Assembly (NCBI RefSeq): GCF_000757865.1
Contig: NZ_CP007754.1
Location: 1,140,001-1,172,000 of the forward strand
Length of the DNA stretch: 32,000 nucleotides
Direction of reading: 5' to 3'
Source: Prochlorococcus sp. MIT 0801
GTDB lineage: Bacteria > Cyanobacteriota > Cyanobacteriia > PCC-6307 > Cyanobiaceae
Shown piece after piece: positions 1 through 8,705 of the stretch. The notes under the pieces were generated by a model that was not told where the DNA came from, did no database searches, and saw nothing but the letters and a program-made list of their open reading frames with translations. Within the stretch, counting starts at the first letter, position 1, and every line of letters starts with the position of its first letter. Position numbers and translations under genes: made by a program.

Positions 1-399
1 TCCTTCACTAATTTCAGGCAAATTTTCTTCGATTACTTCAGGTAAAGATGGTTCAATAACTATCCCGAGAGGATTATCACCACTGTCTTCTAGAATTGAG
101 GGCTCATCTAATAGTGACTTGTCTTCTTGATCAATCAGTAATTCTGATTCTTTTAAAAGATTATTATCTTCGCTCGCTATTCTTTCACTATTATCCTTTA
201 TTAGTAATTTCGAAAGATCAACAACGTTTATGATTACCGACTTCTGACCTTCATACATATCTTGTATCAAATTAATTATTTCCCCAGATTTTGTGGGTTG
301 GGCAATAAATGCAAAACAAATCCAGCCAGCCAGAATAATTGAGATTAAGACAATAGAAATAAAAGCAGAATACATCGCTCTTATTATTGTTTTGATCAT
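1..399 (-). CDS. partial CDS (N-terminal 133 aa; continues past window start): N-terminal TM anchor plus acidic low-complexity tail, unknown function
   Basis: Minus-strand frame is open from ATG 399 (alternative in-frame ATG 375) to base 1: MIKTIIRAMYSAFISIVLISIILAGWICFAF...EDSGDNPLGIVIEPSLPEV. Absent from the ORF track because it runs off the edge. Confidence 0.45.
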   Translation of the reverse strand, partial: MIKTIIRAMYSAFISIVLISIILAGWICFAFIAQPTKSGEIINLIQDMYEGQKSVIINVVDLSKLLIKDNSERIASEDNNLLKESELLIDQEDKSLLDEPSILEDSGDNPLGIVIEPSLPEVIEENLPEISEG

Positions 400-557
400 T
401 CGGTAAATTTAGATATTGTTAAATCTAGGCACATCATTTGATACTTAAAACGGCCTCTTCACACCCTGTAAAGGCGTATAAATACTTTGGGGTTTACTCT
501 CTAGTTTTTGAGTCATGATTAGAGTAGAAATGTAAAGAGTAATTAAGGAGTTTAATT

Positions 558-725
558 ATGTCTTTTAATCCATTCAAACCTCTAATTCACAACATCCAAG
601 CAATATTCATCAGTAATATTCAAACTGAAAAGCAACGAAAGGACGATGAACAGGAATGTTTACAGTTTGGGATTTGTGCTGTTCAAGCCCATTCACCTAG
701 ACCAGAGGAGTTGTATTTTGGATAA
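558..725 (+). CDS. small Cys-motif peptide, family member P1 (55 aa)
   Basis: AAGGAG lies 7 nt upstream of the ATG. MSFNPFKPLIHNI...DDEQECLQFGICAVQAHSPRPEELYFG. N-terminal and EC-x-QFGIC motifs are shared with 1135-1323, 16189-16356 and 23580-23759. Confidence 0.65.
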   Translation: MSFNPFKPLIHNIQAIFISNIQTEKQRKDDEQECLQFGICAVQAHSPRPEELYFG

Positions 726-739
726 AAATAAATCCAACA

Positions 740-880
740 TCATGCCACTTCAGGAATATTTTCAATAAATTCATCTAATTCATGAAATTTTCGTTCTAAA
801 TAAATGATCTTTTTGGTTTCAGTCATTTCATCAGAATAAAATTTTACTGGCAAATGAGAAAGCAGGGTATCACCGCTCAT
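740..880 (-). CDS. hypothetical 46-aa acidic protein
   Basis: Hand translation: MSGDTLLSHLPVKFYSDEMTETKKIIYLERKFHELDEFIENIPEVA. Convergent with P1. No clear SD. Confidence 0.3.
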   Translation of the reverse strand: MSGDTLLSHLPVKFYSDEMTETKKIIYLERKFHELDEFIENIPEVA

Positions 881-1134
881 CAATCAATTTCAACTAAATT
901 TTAAATCTATTAAACCTAATAATCTAAAAAAGCCAATCCCTACAGCTATTAAAATGTTGTATACCTAATTTGAAATCTTCAAATAATTTCAAGAAAAACA
1001 AGTTGCTAAAATTTAAAAATCTTGATAGAAAAAACTATTGATTATTGAAACAGAATAAATACTTAAGTGTTTATTCTCTAGGTATCATTCACCCAATAGG
1101 AGTAGAAATAAAACGTGGATCTTCGAGCGTGTTT

Positions 1135-1323
1135 ATGTCCTACGGAAATCGATTTGCTCAATTGACTACAGAGGCTGCTGAAAATGCTGCTCGTCTTGTT
1201 CTTAGTCAACTATCTGAAAGACTCAGCTTTTCAAAACATCCATCAAATAACGATGAAGAAATGGAGTGTTTGCAATTTGGTATCTGTTCTTATCAAGTTC
1301 AACCACAAAGAGTAAATTTCTAG
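1135..1323 (+). CDS. small Cys-motif peptide, family member P2 (62 aa)
   Basis: First ATG of track ORF 1045-1323 (the track start is TTG). MSYGNRFAQL...DEEMECLQFGICSYQVQPQRVNF. The 5' leader shares blocks AAATACTTAAGTG, GGAGTAGAAAT and TGGATCTTC with the leader of P3. Confidence 0.65.
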   Translation: MSYGNRFAQLTTEAAENAARLVLSQLSERLSFSKHPSNNDEEMECLQFGICSYQVQPQRVNF

Positions 1324-1333
1324 AGGTCATCAA

Positions 1334-1411
1334 ATGAAATACACTGAACTACTTTTAATATTTTCATCATTGTCATTGACGTTTTTAGGTTTCTCTTTTC
1401 TCGCTATTTAA
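1334..1411 (+). CDS. 25-aa hydrophobic micro-peptide H1, coupled to P2
   Basis: GAGG overlaps the P2 stop and the ATG is 10 nt after the stop. MKYTELLLIFSSLSLTFLGFSFLAI. Versus H3 (16107-16178) there are 11 synonymous and 2 non-synonymous codon differences. Confidence 0.7.
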   Translation: MKYTELLLIFSSLSLTFLGFSFLAI

Positions 1412-1471
1412 CAAAGAAGAAACCTTATAAAATATTAGACTGACAATTCTATCGCTGAATAGATTAGTAAG

Positions 1472-1804
1472 TCATTGATTATCAGAGTCCTCCAAAAGAT
1501 CAGAATATTCTGAAGACTTTGCTATCGGCAACTCGGACGCGCTATTTGTTGATCTCACCAACAAAGCCGTTAATTCTGCTGTCCTTTTATTATTAGCAAC
1601 ATTGTTACCGTGAGCTGAAACTGCTGCTCCAGCCACAAGGGCAGAGATTGGCTTCCACCAAGGTAAAGACTTTAAGTCATTCTTTTGAATTTCAGCCAAG
1701 AAGAAACCTAAACCAAACAAAACACCAAATACAGCTCCTGACCAATGGCATATTTCGGCGGAAATAGATGTGCTTTTTTCGGCAGCAATAATTTGATCTT
1801 CCAT
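1472..1804 (-). CDS. hypothetical membrane protein (110 aa, about 2 TM)
   Basis: Track ORF. Hydrophobic segments WSGAVFGVLFGLGFFLA and ISALVAGAAVSA, with an acidic C-terminus. Confidence 0.55.
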   Translation of the reverse strand: MEDQIIAAEKSTSISAEICHWSGAVFGVLFGLGFFLAEIQKNDLKSLPWWKPISALVAGAAVSAHGNNVANNKRTAELTALLVRSTNSASELPIAKSSEYSDLLEDSDNQ

Positions 1805-1925
1805 CAGGTAAAATCGAAAGCTAAGATTGTGATTACTTATTCAATATAAAAGCACTTTTTAAATCTAATGAACATAAGTAATTAATCCGATAAAAGTCAG
1901 CCGTGTAAAAAAGGATGAATAATAT

Positions 1926-2006
1926 CTAATAAAAAACAAGCAAAGATATTCCTAAAAAAGAAAAAGACAATGAGAAAAAAATCAAAAGTAATTCAGTTGT
2001 TTTCAT
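1926..2006 (-). CDS. 26-aa hydrophobic micro-peptide H2
   Basis: TAATG stop/start overlap with 2006-2107. MKTTELLLIFFSLSFSFLGISLLVFY, a paralog of H1/H3. Confidence 0.6.
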   Translation of the reverse strand: MKTTELLLIFFSLSFSFLGISLLVFY

Positions 2007-2107
2007 TACCACTCAGAATCTTCTAAAAAATTTGAATATTGTTCGTAGTTGAAGAAAATATCCTCTTCTAATACTTCTTCTAATGAGACCCTATTGAAGT
2101 AAGTCAT
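2006..2107 (-). CDS. 33-aa acidic peptide, truncated/divergent relative of the P family
   Basis: MTYFNRVSLEEVLEEDIFFNYEQYSNFLEDSEW. The N-terminus resembles P2 (MSYGNRF). It sits upstream of H2, as P2 and P3 sit upstream of H1 and H3. Confidence 0.45.
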   Translation of the reverse strand: MTYFNRVSLEEVLEEDIFFNYEQYSNFLEDSEW

Positions 2108-2331
2108 TGCTAAATGTTTAATTTTTTATTATGTGGTACTTCAAACAAAAGTGTGCGGGAGTGATATTCGGTTTACATGGTTCGGTTTGATTTATTCATT
2201 GCTATACATTTTTACCTTCAGCCAGACCAAGAGATAGCTTTAATGAAGCTAATTAGCTTATCAACATGATTAGTGATCAGCTAACATTTTTTTATTAAAA
2301 ATGAGTAGTAATGATTTTTTCTTAGTAGTTA

Positions 2332-2631
2332 ATGCAAACTTATTTAATTCATTGGCAATTTCCTGATCAAGAAGCACATATGAAAGGGGCTGACGTCTTT
2401 GCTCAATATGTTGAAAGTGGTTGCGAATCAGACAAGTTTGAAGGTTTTGAGGTCATAAACAGAGTCGTAAATCCTGAAGGAGCTAGTGGATGGGCGATTG
2501 TCAAAGCATCAGATCACAAAGCAGTTTGGAAATGGTGCCAGCCTTGGTGTAAAGGATTTGGGAATGATGTTGAGGTCATTCCTGTTCTTACTGATAGTGA
2601 ATATCTTGCTGTTCATAAAGAGTTGGATTAG
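2332..2631 (+). CDS. small soluble protein, DUF3303-like (99 aa)
   Basis: Track ORF. The overall pattern (MxxYLIHW..., W..W, ...VEVIPVLTD near the C-terminus) resembles DUF3303 proteins as I remember them. Followed by hairpin 2654-2669. Confidence 0.6.
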   Translation: MQTYLIHWQFPDQEAHMKGADVFAQYVESGCESDKFEGFEVINRVVNPEGASGWAIVKASDHKAVWKWCQPWCKGFGNDVEVIPVLTDSEYLAVHKELD

Positions 2632-2653
2632 CAATCAAAGTCTTAAAAGTTAG

Positions 2654-2669
2654 AGGGGTCTGAACCCCT
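2654..2669 (+). terminator. hairpin AGGGGT-CTGA-ACCCCT downstream of 2332-2631
   Basis: Perfect 6-bp GC-rich stem 23 nt after the stop. The T-tract is weak. Confidence 0.35.
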
Positions 2670-2743
2670 TGATAATTTGCACTGGAAGCAAAAAATTAAA
2701 AGATATTTCTCTCAAAAGTAATTATTAATGAACACAGAAAGGC

Positions 2744-2914
2744 TTAACTCAGATGAAACACCTTATCGCTAAGTACAAAAATCAAAAGACCTATGGAACT
2801 CATTGCAAGTAGAATCCCACCAAAAACAAGAGTATTGTTTTTTTCAGGTTGTTGTTCAAGAACTTTTTGAACATTTTTGGTATTTGTTTTTTTTGCCTTC
2901 TTTTTCTTACTCAT
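2744..2914 (-). CDS. 56-aa Lys-rich, C-terminally anchored membrane peptide
   Basis: Hand translation: MSKKKKAKKTNTKNVQKVLEQQPEKNNTLVFGGILLAMSSIGLLIFVLSDKVFHLS. Confidence 0.45.
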   Translation of the reverse strand: MSKKKKAKKTNTKNVQKVLEQQPEKNNTLVFGGILLAMSSIGLLIFVLSDKVFHLS

Positions 2915-3035
2915 CAGCTTTAGAGTTATTTATTTGATGAACTGAAACTATATATAGACACAACTTTTCATAGCACCCACCATTTCTTCTAATACCAATA
3001 TTATTTGAGAATTAATGGTTTTAGAAAAATACACT

Positions 3036-3590
3036 TCATTTGCCAACAATTTTGACTTGCCCCATTTTTAAACCAGTAATTTCATATAAATCCTTTTTAA
3101 GCTTTTTGGAAGTTTTCCTTTTAAGCATTCTAAAATTCTGAGCAACGGTACTCCCTTCAGAATTCTGACCAATGACTGAAAATAAGAAATTTTTACCTTT
3201 TCCTACTTGAGATCCTAGACGACCTCCTCCATAAACACCTCCAAGGAGAGCTGGTATACATAAAATTCCTGCACTTGCACCACATACTGCAATGCCCACA
3301 AATGCTCCTGTATAGGTCCCGCCAGCGGCACCAGCAACACCGAGGAGAAGATTATCTTCTTGTCGGACCGAGTACCACTGCGAAATATTATCTTTAGGGA
3401 TAAAATCGGTTGGTCCTAAAAACCCCTCCTCTGAAAGAGTTATTTGACAATTAGAAACCTCAATACTTGAGTCGTCATTACTTGAAGTGGATTGGTCAAT
3501 ATCACATAAGGCATTATATACTTCTGCCTTTGTAGCAACTGGAGACAATAATCCTACGATTAGCAGAGGTGAGATTAACAGTTTAACCAT
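3036..3590 (-). CDS. exported protein with signal peptide and glycine-zipper-like hydrophobic region (184 aa)
   Basis: Track ORF. MVKLLISPLLIVGLLSPVATKA signal peptide, Gly-rich LLLGVAGAAGGTYTGAFVGIAVCGASAGILCIPALLGGVYGGG, basic C-terminus. Confidence 0.65.
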   Translation of the reverse strand: MVKLLISPLLIVGLLSPVATKAEVYNALCDIDQSTSSNDDSSIEVSNCQITLSEEGFLGPTDFIPKDNISQWYSVRQEDNLLLGVAGAAGGTYTGAFVGIAVCGASAGILCIPALLGGVYGGGRLGSQVGKGKNFLFSVIGQNSEGSTVAQNFRMLKRKTSKKLKKDLYEITGLKMGQVKIVGK

Positions 3591-4254
3591 TTAGTACGTG
3601 AGTCGAAGTCACGATATTTTTTAGTTACTTTTTGATATTACCCAACGGATTTAATTCGAGCACCAAAACTTATTAAACTATCAAAGTAGTGTTTTCCTAC
3701 CCCCACTAGTTAATTAGAGGATTTATAACTACACATAATTAAGAGTTGTCATTAAGTTTTACTCCTTTCCTTACACAAGGAAAGATATTGTTTAACTCAA
3801 ATGCTTTCGAAAAACTCAAAAACTTTGTCTTACATACACTCAAATTTTCAATGTTTAAAATCTTTCGTACAAAATGGTTTAGATCCGCACCTGTTCTTGC
3901 AACACTATGGCTTTCAAGCACTGCAGTCATCCTTATTGGTTTAAATAGCTATTTACCTGACTATTTATTTATGCCCATGAGTTGACGTAGTATTTGAACC
4001 TGAATAAATAATTACACAATTAAAATTAACTTACGATTCACAAGGATATGGTGGTCAAAGTTTTTAGCAAGTTTATTGGAGTAATTGGGACTTTTCCAAT
4101 ACCTTGCTGCGGATTCTCAAAAACACTGACATATGTCAGTGACTGTTGTGACGTAGTTATTAATGATTCCAATCTCTATCAATAACTTTTGCTAAGCCGA
4201 TATTTAAAATTTAATAACTTCATATAAATTTTGGGTGACTAACAAAAACTAAAG

Positions 4255-4425
4255 ATGCAAATCACACCTCTAGCATTGGCTTTCTCAGAGTGGGGAATTG
4301 GTAGGTTCCCACTAGATTTAATTGTTTTCCTGTCTATAGTACTGATTTTTGCTTTGCCAGCAGGTATTAATCGAAAAAAGATTTTTGTTGAAGGTGATGC
4401 ATTTACAACTAGGTTGAAAAACTAG
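4255..4425 (+). CDS. hypothetical 56-aa membrane peptide
   Basis: Hand translation: MQITPLALAFSEWGIGRFPLDLIVFLSIVLIFALPAGINRKKIFVEGDAFTTRLKN. Weak SD. Confidence 0.3.
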   Translation: MQITPLALAFSEWGIGRFPLDLIVFLSIVLIFALPAGINRKKIFVEGDAFTTRLKN

Positions 4426-4488
4426 AAAGAAAATGATAATTGACCTTAAAAACCAGTAAGAAATATCAAAAATATAGATAGTTGTCAT

Positions 4489-4563
4489 TTAAGAGAGAAA
4501 ACCAACAGGAAAAAGCAGCAAGACAGAAATCGTAAAGCGATCAGATTCACTTGTTTGGCTCAT
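4489..4563 (-). pseudogene. 24-aa remnant related to tail-anchored peptides 9596-9760 / 18090-18254
   Basis: MSQTSESDRFTISVLLLFPVGFLS compared with ...GKFVRFTIAALLFVPVGFLAYMTTI. Confidence 0.25.
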
Positions 4564-4779
4564 AGACGATGTCATTTTTAACTAATTAAGTTGGTTGAAC
4601 AATTATGGTTAAAATGATTTCCATCTAGTTAGCCTGCCATAACAACTTAAAGGCAACATTCCTCTCAACATTGCTTGGGCGAGGTAGTGGCCTACCTAGA
4701 CATACATTCCACAAATTAAGATTTTGACTATCCTAAAAGGGTGTGTCGAACAACTCGGCCGGATTATTGATGATTGTCT

Positions 4780-4866
4780 TTATTGACCATGACAAATACA
4801 TTTACCCCCCTTCCAAGCAGAGCATTTCTTCTTTTTGCATTTCTTCTTTTTCTTCTTATCTCCCAT
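4780..4866 (-). CDS. candidate 28-aa Lys/Cys-rich peptide
   Basis: MGDKKKKKKCKKKKCSAWKGGKCICHGQ. No SD. Overlaps the implausible track ORF 4835-5053. Confidence 0.2.
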   Translation of the reverse strand: MGDKKKKKKCKKKKCSAWKGGKCICHGQ

Positions 4867-5594
4867 AAGAGTTGAAATTTATTCTTTGATTTTAATAGAT
4901 GGTAATTTGTCTTCTTGGGATTCCAACTTTATCAGAAATAGGCAAAACACTTTAATAAATAAGTTGAATTCAATTTTTATTGGTTGTAATACTCAACCAA
5001 TAAAAAATCAAAAAACAGTCACCTCAACAACCACAAAAATAGACTATGTCTAATTTCTAGACATGTTTTTTGGATGATGTTTTGGCAATTCCTCCTTTTT
5101 TAATTGTCCTAAGAGGCAACATATGATCTGTTCTCCTTTTATCTCCGCCTTTAATATGGAAAAGTTTAATAGCCTTCAGCCAAGGCGACTTATTTCAAAT
5201 TTTTCAAATCTTAATTCAAAAAATTCCAGAATGAAATCTGTCATTTTGTCTCACATACCATATAAACAAGAAGATGAGATAAAAAGTAACTGGCTAGATA
5301 AATAGTTCCAATGATTGGTGTTACGAGATAAAAAGTTCATTCTGTTACATTAAATACAATCAATTTTGATCCTTGGATACATCCTTCTATCTATCGACTT
5401 GATGATTATGACCAAAAAACTAACCTATAGGTACGCATTCACATTATTGAGAATGAAGAATGCTGAAGGCAGAAATGAATATATGGATTTAGCAAAAGAA
5501 GCCAATCTCATATGGCATCAAATAGTTTGCCAAAAATCTAAAAACACACCTCGAATTAACTGCAGAGCATAGTTAATTTATAAACATTCTTTAA

Positions 5595-5936
5595 TCAAGC
5601 GAAAGCAGGATTTTTCTCAAAAAATTTATTATTTGAATTTTCAATCAACTGAAGAAATTGATTTTTTACGAACGATCCAAGGCCAAGATCAATAAGGATG
5701 TGCAAAACAAGAGAAATGCAAAAAACTGCATAAAAAATTAAATGACAAATGAAAATATTTACAAAATCATTTTTTGCCTTTTCTTCATTTGCTTCCGTTT
5801 CGTTCAAAATTGATGGAACAAAATCTCCGAATGAATTTACTCTTGCTGATTCAACCGATCCAAATGGCATTAATTCCTGATCTTTTACTCTTAGAGCAGC
5901 AGTAGCAGTCATAACGGCAACCTTAACTAAAACCAC
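5595..5936 (-). CDS. hypothetical membrane protein
   Basis: Track ORF. One clear hydrophobic stretch, FICHLIFYAVFCISLVLHILI. Start uncertain. Confidence 0.35.
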   Translation of the reverse strand: MVLVKVAVMTATAALRVKDQELMPFGSVESARVNSFGDFVPSILNETEANEEKAKNDFVNIFICHLIFYAVFCISLVLHILIDLGLGSFVKNQFLQLIENSNNKFFEKNPAFA

Positions 5937-6170
5937 CCTACTTTCTTATTAATAAATTAGGCTTATAACTTGATTATTTCGTTTTAAATCTTGTTCAAAT
6001 AAGCCATTGTTTCCCGTTTTTTCTCCATCCTCATTGGAATTTTTTGAACATCAAATCTTTTTTAATTTTAGAAATCTTTTCTTCAAGAAAGCTGTGATGG
6101 AACAAAAATCGAAAAGTTTGTTTCAATTAAATCGAATGAGAGAAAAAATTCAACCCGTTGTATTAGCTCA

Positions 6171-6192
6171 AAAAAAAAGGGGCTAATGCCCC
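6171..6192 (-). terminator. intrinsic terminator for 6223-6420
   Basis: GGGGC-ATTA-GCCCC on the minus strand followed by U8 (plus-strand A8 at 6171-6178). Confidence 0.7.
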
Positions 6193-6222
6193 CTAGAGAA
6201 ATCAGCTTTTAATTTCAAAAAT

Positions 6223-6420
6223 CTACTTTGTAAAAAGAGAACTCTTTACTCCAGCTTGTTCCCACTTTTTAATTGTTGGTCTTAGGAATGACATGGGTAG
6301 AGCTGTCAAAATTGCAAATGAAACAACAAGGATTAAGTCAGTAGTGAAATGATTTATCCCAAGATCTGTTCCAGCAAGCCAGAGCCATGGGAATGCAGAA
6401 GCAAATAAATTAGTTAGCAT
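6223..6420 (-). CDS. small membrane protein (65 aa, 2 TM)
   Basis: Track ORF with a terminator 30 nt downstream. Confidence 0.5.
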   Translation of the reverse strand: MLTNLFASAFPWLWLAGTDLGINHFTTDLILVVSFAILTALPMSFLRPTIKKWEQAGVKSSLFTK

Positions 6421-6523
6421 AAATTCTCATCGATTAATCCGAAGCATATAAGGCCATTCTATTAATTTTATTCATTACTTAGTAAAAATTATCACAACCT
6501 CTTCTCATCGCAAGGAATGTATT

Positions 6524-6673
6524 TACTTGAACCAGAACACAATGGGAATAAATTGTCGATAATTGCACCTGCACAGATGCCATAGATGACTCAAATCATG
6601 GCAACACGGCCGTCATATTTTGAGCTTTGTCTGAATTGAATATAGAGGACAATTCAGTAATTGTTTCTTTCAT
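6524..6673 (-). pseudogene. degenerate hli-like relic
   Basis: Minus strand reads MKETITELSSIFNSDKAQ, then a frame shift to KYDGRVAMI, an in-frame TGA where Gly is expected, then VIYGICAGAIIDNLFP. This resembles the NGRxAMxG + TM core of hli genes but is disrupted. Confidence 0.3.
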
Positions 6674-7165
6674 TAGTTAAGCAATTAAATAAAGATTAAC
6701 AACCAATTATTTGAATTAAATTACGAGACTTATATTGATAAGGTTAGTATTAGTTCTTACAGCTATACACAAATAAATAGCTACTTTATAATTGCTTGCC
6801 TTCATACCACCATAAAGTAGACGATTTGAACTCTGCCTTAGATCAAAAAAAGTTTTTGAAGAATCAATAAAATATGATTTGGTTTTGTTGTGATTTTTTA
6901 ATTGAAATCAAGGCTAAGTCATAAGAAGATAAACCAACCTCATTTTCAAAAGAGTTGAGATTTACTATTTCTTTGGTTAGTAATAACTGCTTTTGCAATA
7001 TTCATTCAAATCACCTTAATATTTTTACTAAAAGCTTGATCTACATCTTCTAATAGATATGAAAAAACTTTAAAGAAATTTTCGTTAAAAGTAAAGATAG
7101 CTTTAGTAGCTAATAAATCTAATCTAAAAATCAGTATTTCTTGCTTAAACAGAATAGTTGTTCAT

Positions 7166-7456
7166 CTAGAATGATTCATCAGTAACCTCTTTCGTTTTTA
7201 TAATTTTCCTCTTTGTTTTTTTAAGCTTATAACCAAACTCAATGAGTTGATGATATGTCAATTTAGCTTGCAAAGCGCTTAAAGAGAGACGTTTTTCATC
7301 ATCTTTCTGAAGATAAAAATTTCCTCTATTATTGTTATTTGTCTCGATGGTAATAATCTCTTTTCCTTTCTTAAGAATCCAAGGCTCTTTTAAATAATTA
7401 TCTTCCCCCTCTTTCAGCTCCCATGGAACTGATGCTGACTTTTTCTTTAATGGCAT
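7166..7456 (-). CDS. hypothetical basic protein (96 aa)
   Basis: Track ORF. No family recognised. Confidence 0.5.
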   Translation of the reverse strand: MPLKKKSASVPWELKEGEDNYLKEPWILKKGKEIITIETNNNNRGNFYLQKDDEKRLSLSALQAKLTYHQLIEFGYKLKKTKRKIIKTKEVTDESF

Positions 7457-7995
7457 TTTAAAAAATTAAACCCCATATTATTTATTTTACACTCTAATCA
7501 TGAGATAATCCAGTCAACTCTAATAATACTCAAAGTTATTGTGATAATAACAAGTATCTAATCCTTTCAAAATTAGAACTTTTATCAGCATTTATGTTGT
7601 CTTACCTAGACCAATCTTTTGATTGGAAGCAATTAATTGAGGTTCAAGTGGATTACCCCTATTCTCATATTTATTTTATAGATTTGAAATTAACAAATTT
7701 CATCACAACTGATAAACAATCATAAACAACTCGAGATGACCAAAAAAAATCACATAATTCCTAAAATCGAAAAAACATCAAACACACTCTTGAAACCTTC
7801 AAGACAGATTAGACAAGAGTCGGTTTAACTCCTAATAGAGATTGAAGGGGACTCCTGCATAACACCCTCTCACTTCTCGATACAACTATTTTAGAATTAT
7901 TTTGAATGCACAGCGAGCATAACAGCGAGTGATATTTCTCTCGGGGACCTTACAAGAAAAAAGCTTCTGTAAATAATGTAGATCAAGAGATAAGG

Positions 7996-8136
7996 ATGGA
8001 TGAACTTAAGCTCAAGTATGTGCAACTTATGAGAGATGCTCATTTGTCCCTAGGAGATGAAGATGCGAATAGTTTTGACAAAAAGTCAATTGATATATGG
8101 GACAAACCAAGGAATCCAAAAGTATTAGATCTGTAA
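7996..8136 (+). CDS. hypothetical 46-aa protein
   Basis: AAGGA immediately upstream of the ATG. MDELKLKYVQLMRDAHLSLGDEDANSFDKKSIDIWDKPRNPKVLDL. Confidence 0.35.
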   Translation: MDELKLKYVQLMRDAHLSLGDEDANSFDKKSIDIWDKPRNPKVLDL

Positions 8137-8217
8137 ACTATTTTAAAATATATAGTTAAAATCACCAATAATCACAGCCAATCTGATGTATCGAAAAAAA
8201 AGTGGCATGATGAGTTC

Positions 8218-8499
8218 ATGAACCGTTTAGATGATCTAAGAACTTTGCTTAATAGCTTCTTCAATAGAGCAAAACCTGAAGGAAGAGAGATGAAAAGAGT
8301 CTTTCAATGGAGAAGGTATTTGGAGTGGAAACATTTAACATCTGAAGAAAGGCTATCGGCCAAAAGATTTTTATTAATCCCAGTATTTGCTTATCTAATA
8401 ATTGAGATCTTTAATCAGAATTTTTCTCTTATTGTTCTATTTCTTATTGGTTATTTGATTTATAAGAAATTTGAAAGAGGGAATATTGTAAAAAAATAA
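8218..8499 (+). CDS. hypothetical membrane protein (93 aa)
   Basis: Track ORF. TM FLLIPVFAYLIIEIFNQNFSLIVLFLIGYLI. Terminator follows. Confidence 0.5.
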   Translation: MNRLDDLRTLLNSFFNRAKPEGREMKRVFQWRRYLEWKHLTSEERLSAKRFLLIPVFAYLIIEIFNQNFSLIVLFLIGYLIYKKFERGNIVKK

Positions 8500-8521
8500 A
8501 TCAACCTAATGAAATCAAAAA

Positions 8522-8551
8522 GACCTCTTCTGTAATGACAGAGAAGAGGTC
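8522..8551. terminator. bidirectional intrinsic terminator
   Basis: 10-bp stem GACCTCTTCT/AGAAGAGGTC flanked by an A-run and a T-run. Lies between convergent 8218-8499 and the hli array. Confidence 0.8.
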
Positions 8552-8579
8552 CTTTTTGATTAGATCTTAAGAATCAGAA

Positions 8580-8705
8580 TTAAACTATTCCTGGAATGAT
8601 CCAGCCTGTTATTCCGTAGTTAATCACAGCTGCAAAGAAGCCCATCATCGCAAGGCGGCCATTCATTTGCTCGGCTGTTTTCCAGTAGTTAGTTTCTTTG
8701 TTCAT
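8580..8705 (-). CDS. hli: high-light-inducible protein (41 aa)
   Basis: MNKETNYWKTAEQMNGRLAMMGFFAAVINYGITGWIIPGIV. NGRxAMxGF motif plus a single TM. The track ORF over-extends the 5' end. Confidence 0.9.
   Translation of the reverse strand: MNKETNYWKTAEQMNGRLAMMGFFAAVINYGITGWIIPGIV

Noticed and set aside
3739-3985. Track ORFs 3739-3930(-) and 3746-3985(+)
   Set aside because: They are mutually antisense, low-complexity and AT-driven, with no SD, no recognisable motifs and no paralogs. They are probably non-coding.
4835-5572. Track ORFs 4835-5053, 5123-5305 and 5366-5572 (+)
   Set aside because: The sequences are poly-Phe or low-complexity (MHFFFFFLSP...) with no start context and no family resemblance. 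I treat them as chance ORFs in AT-rich DNA.
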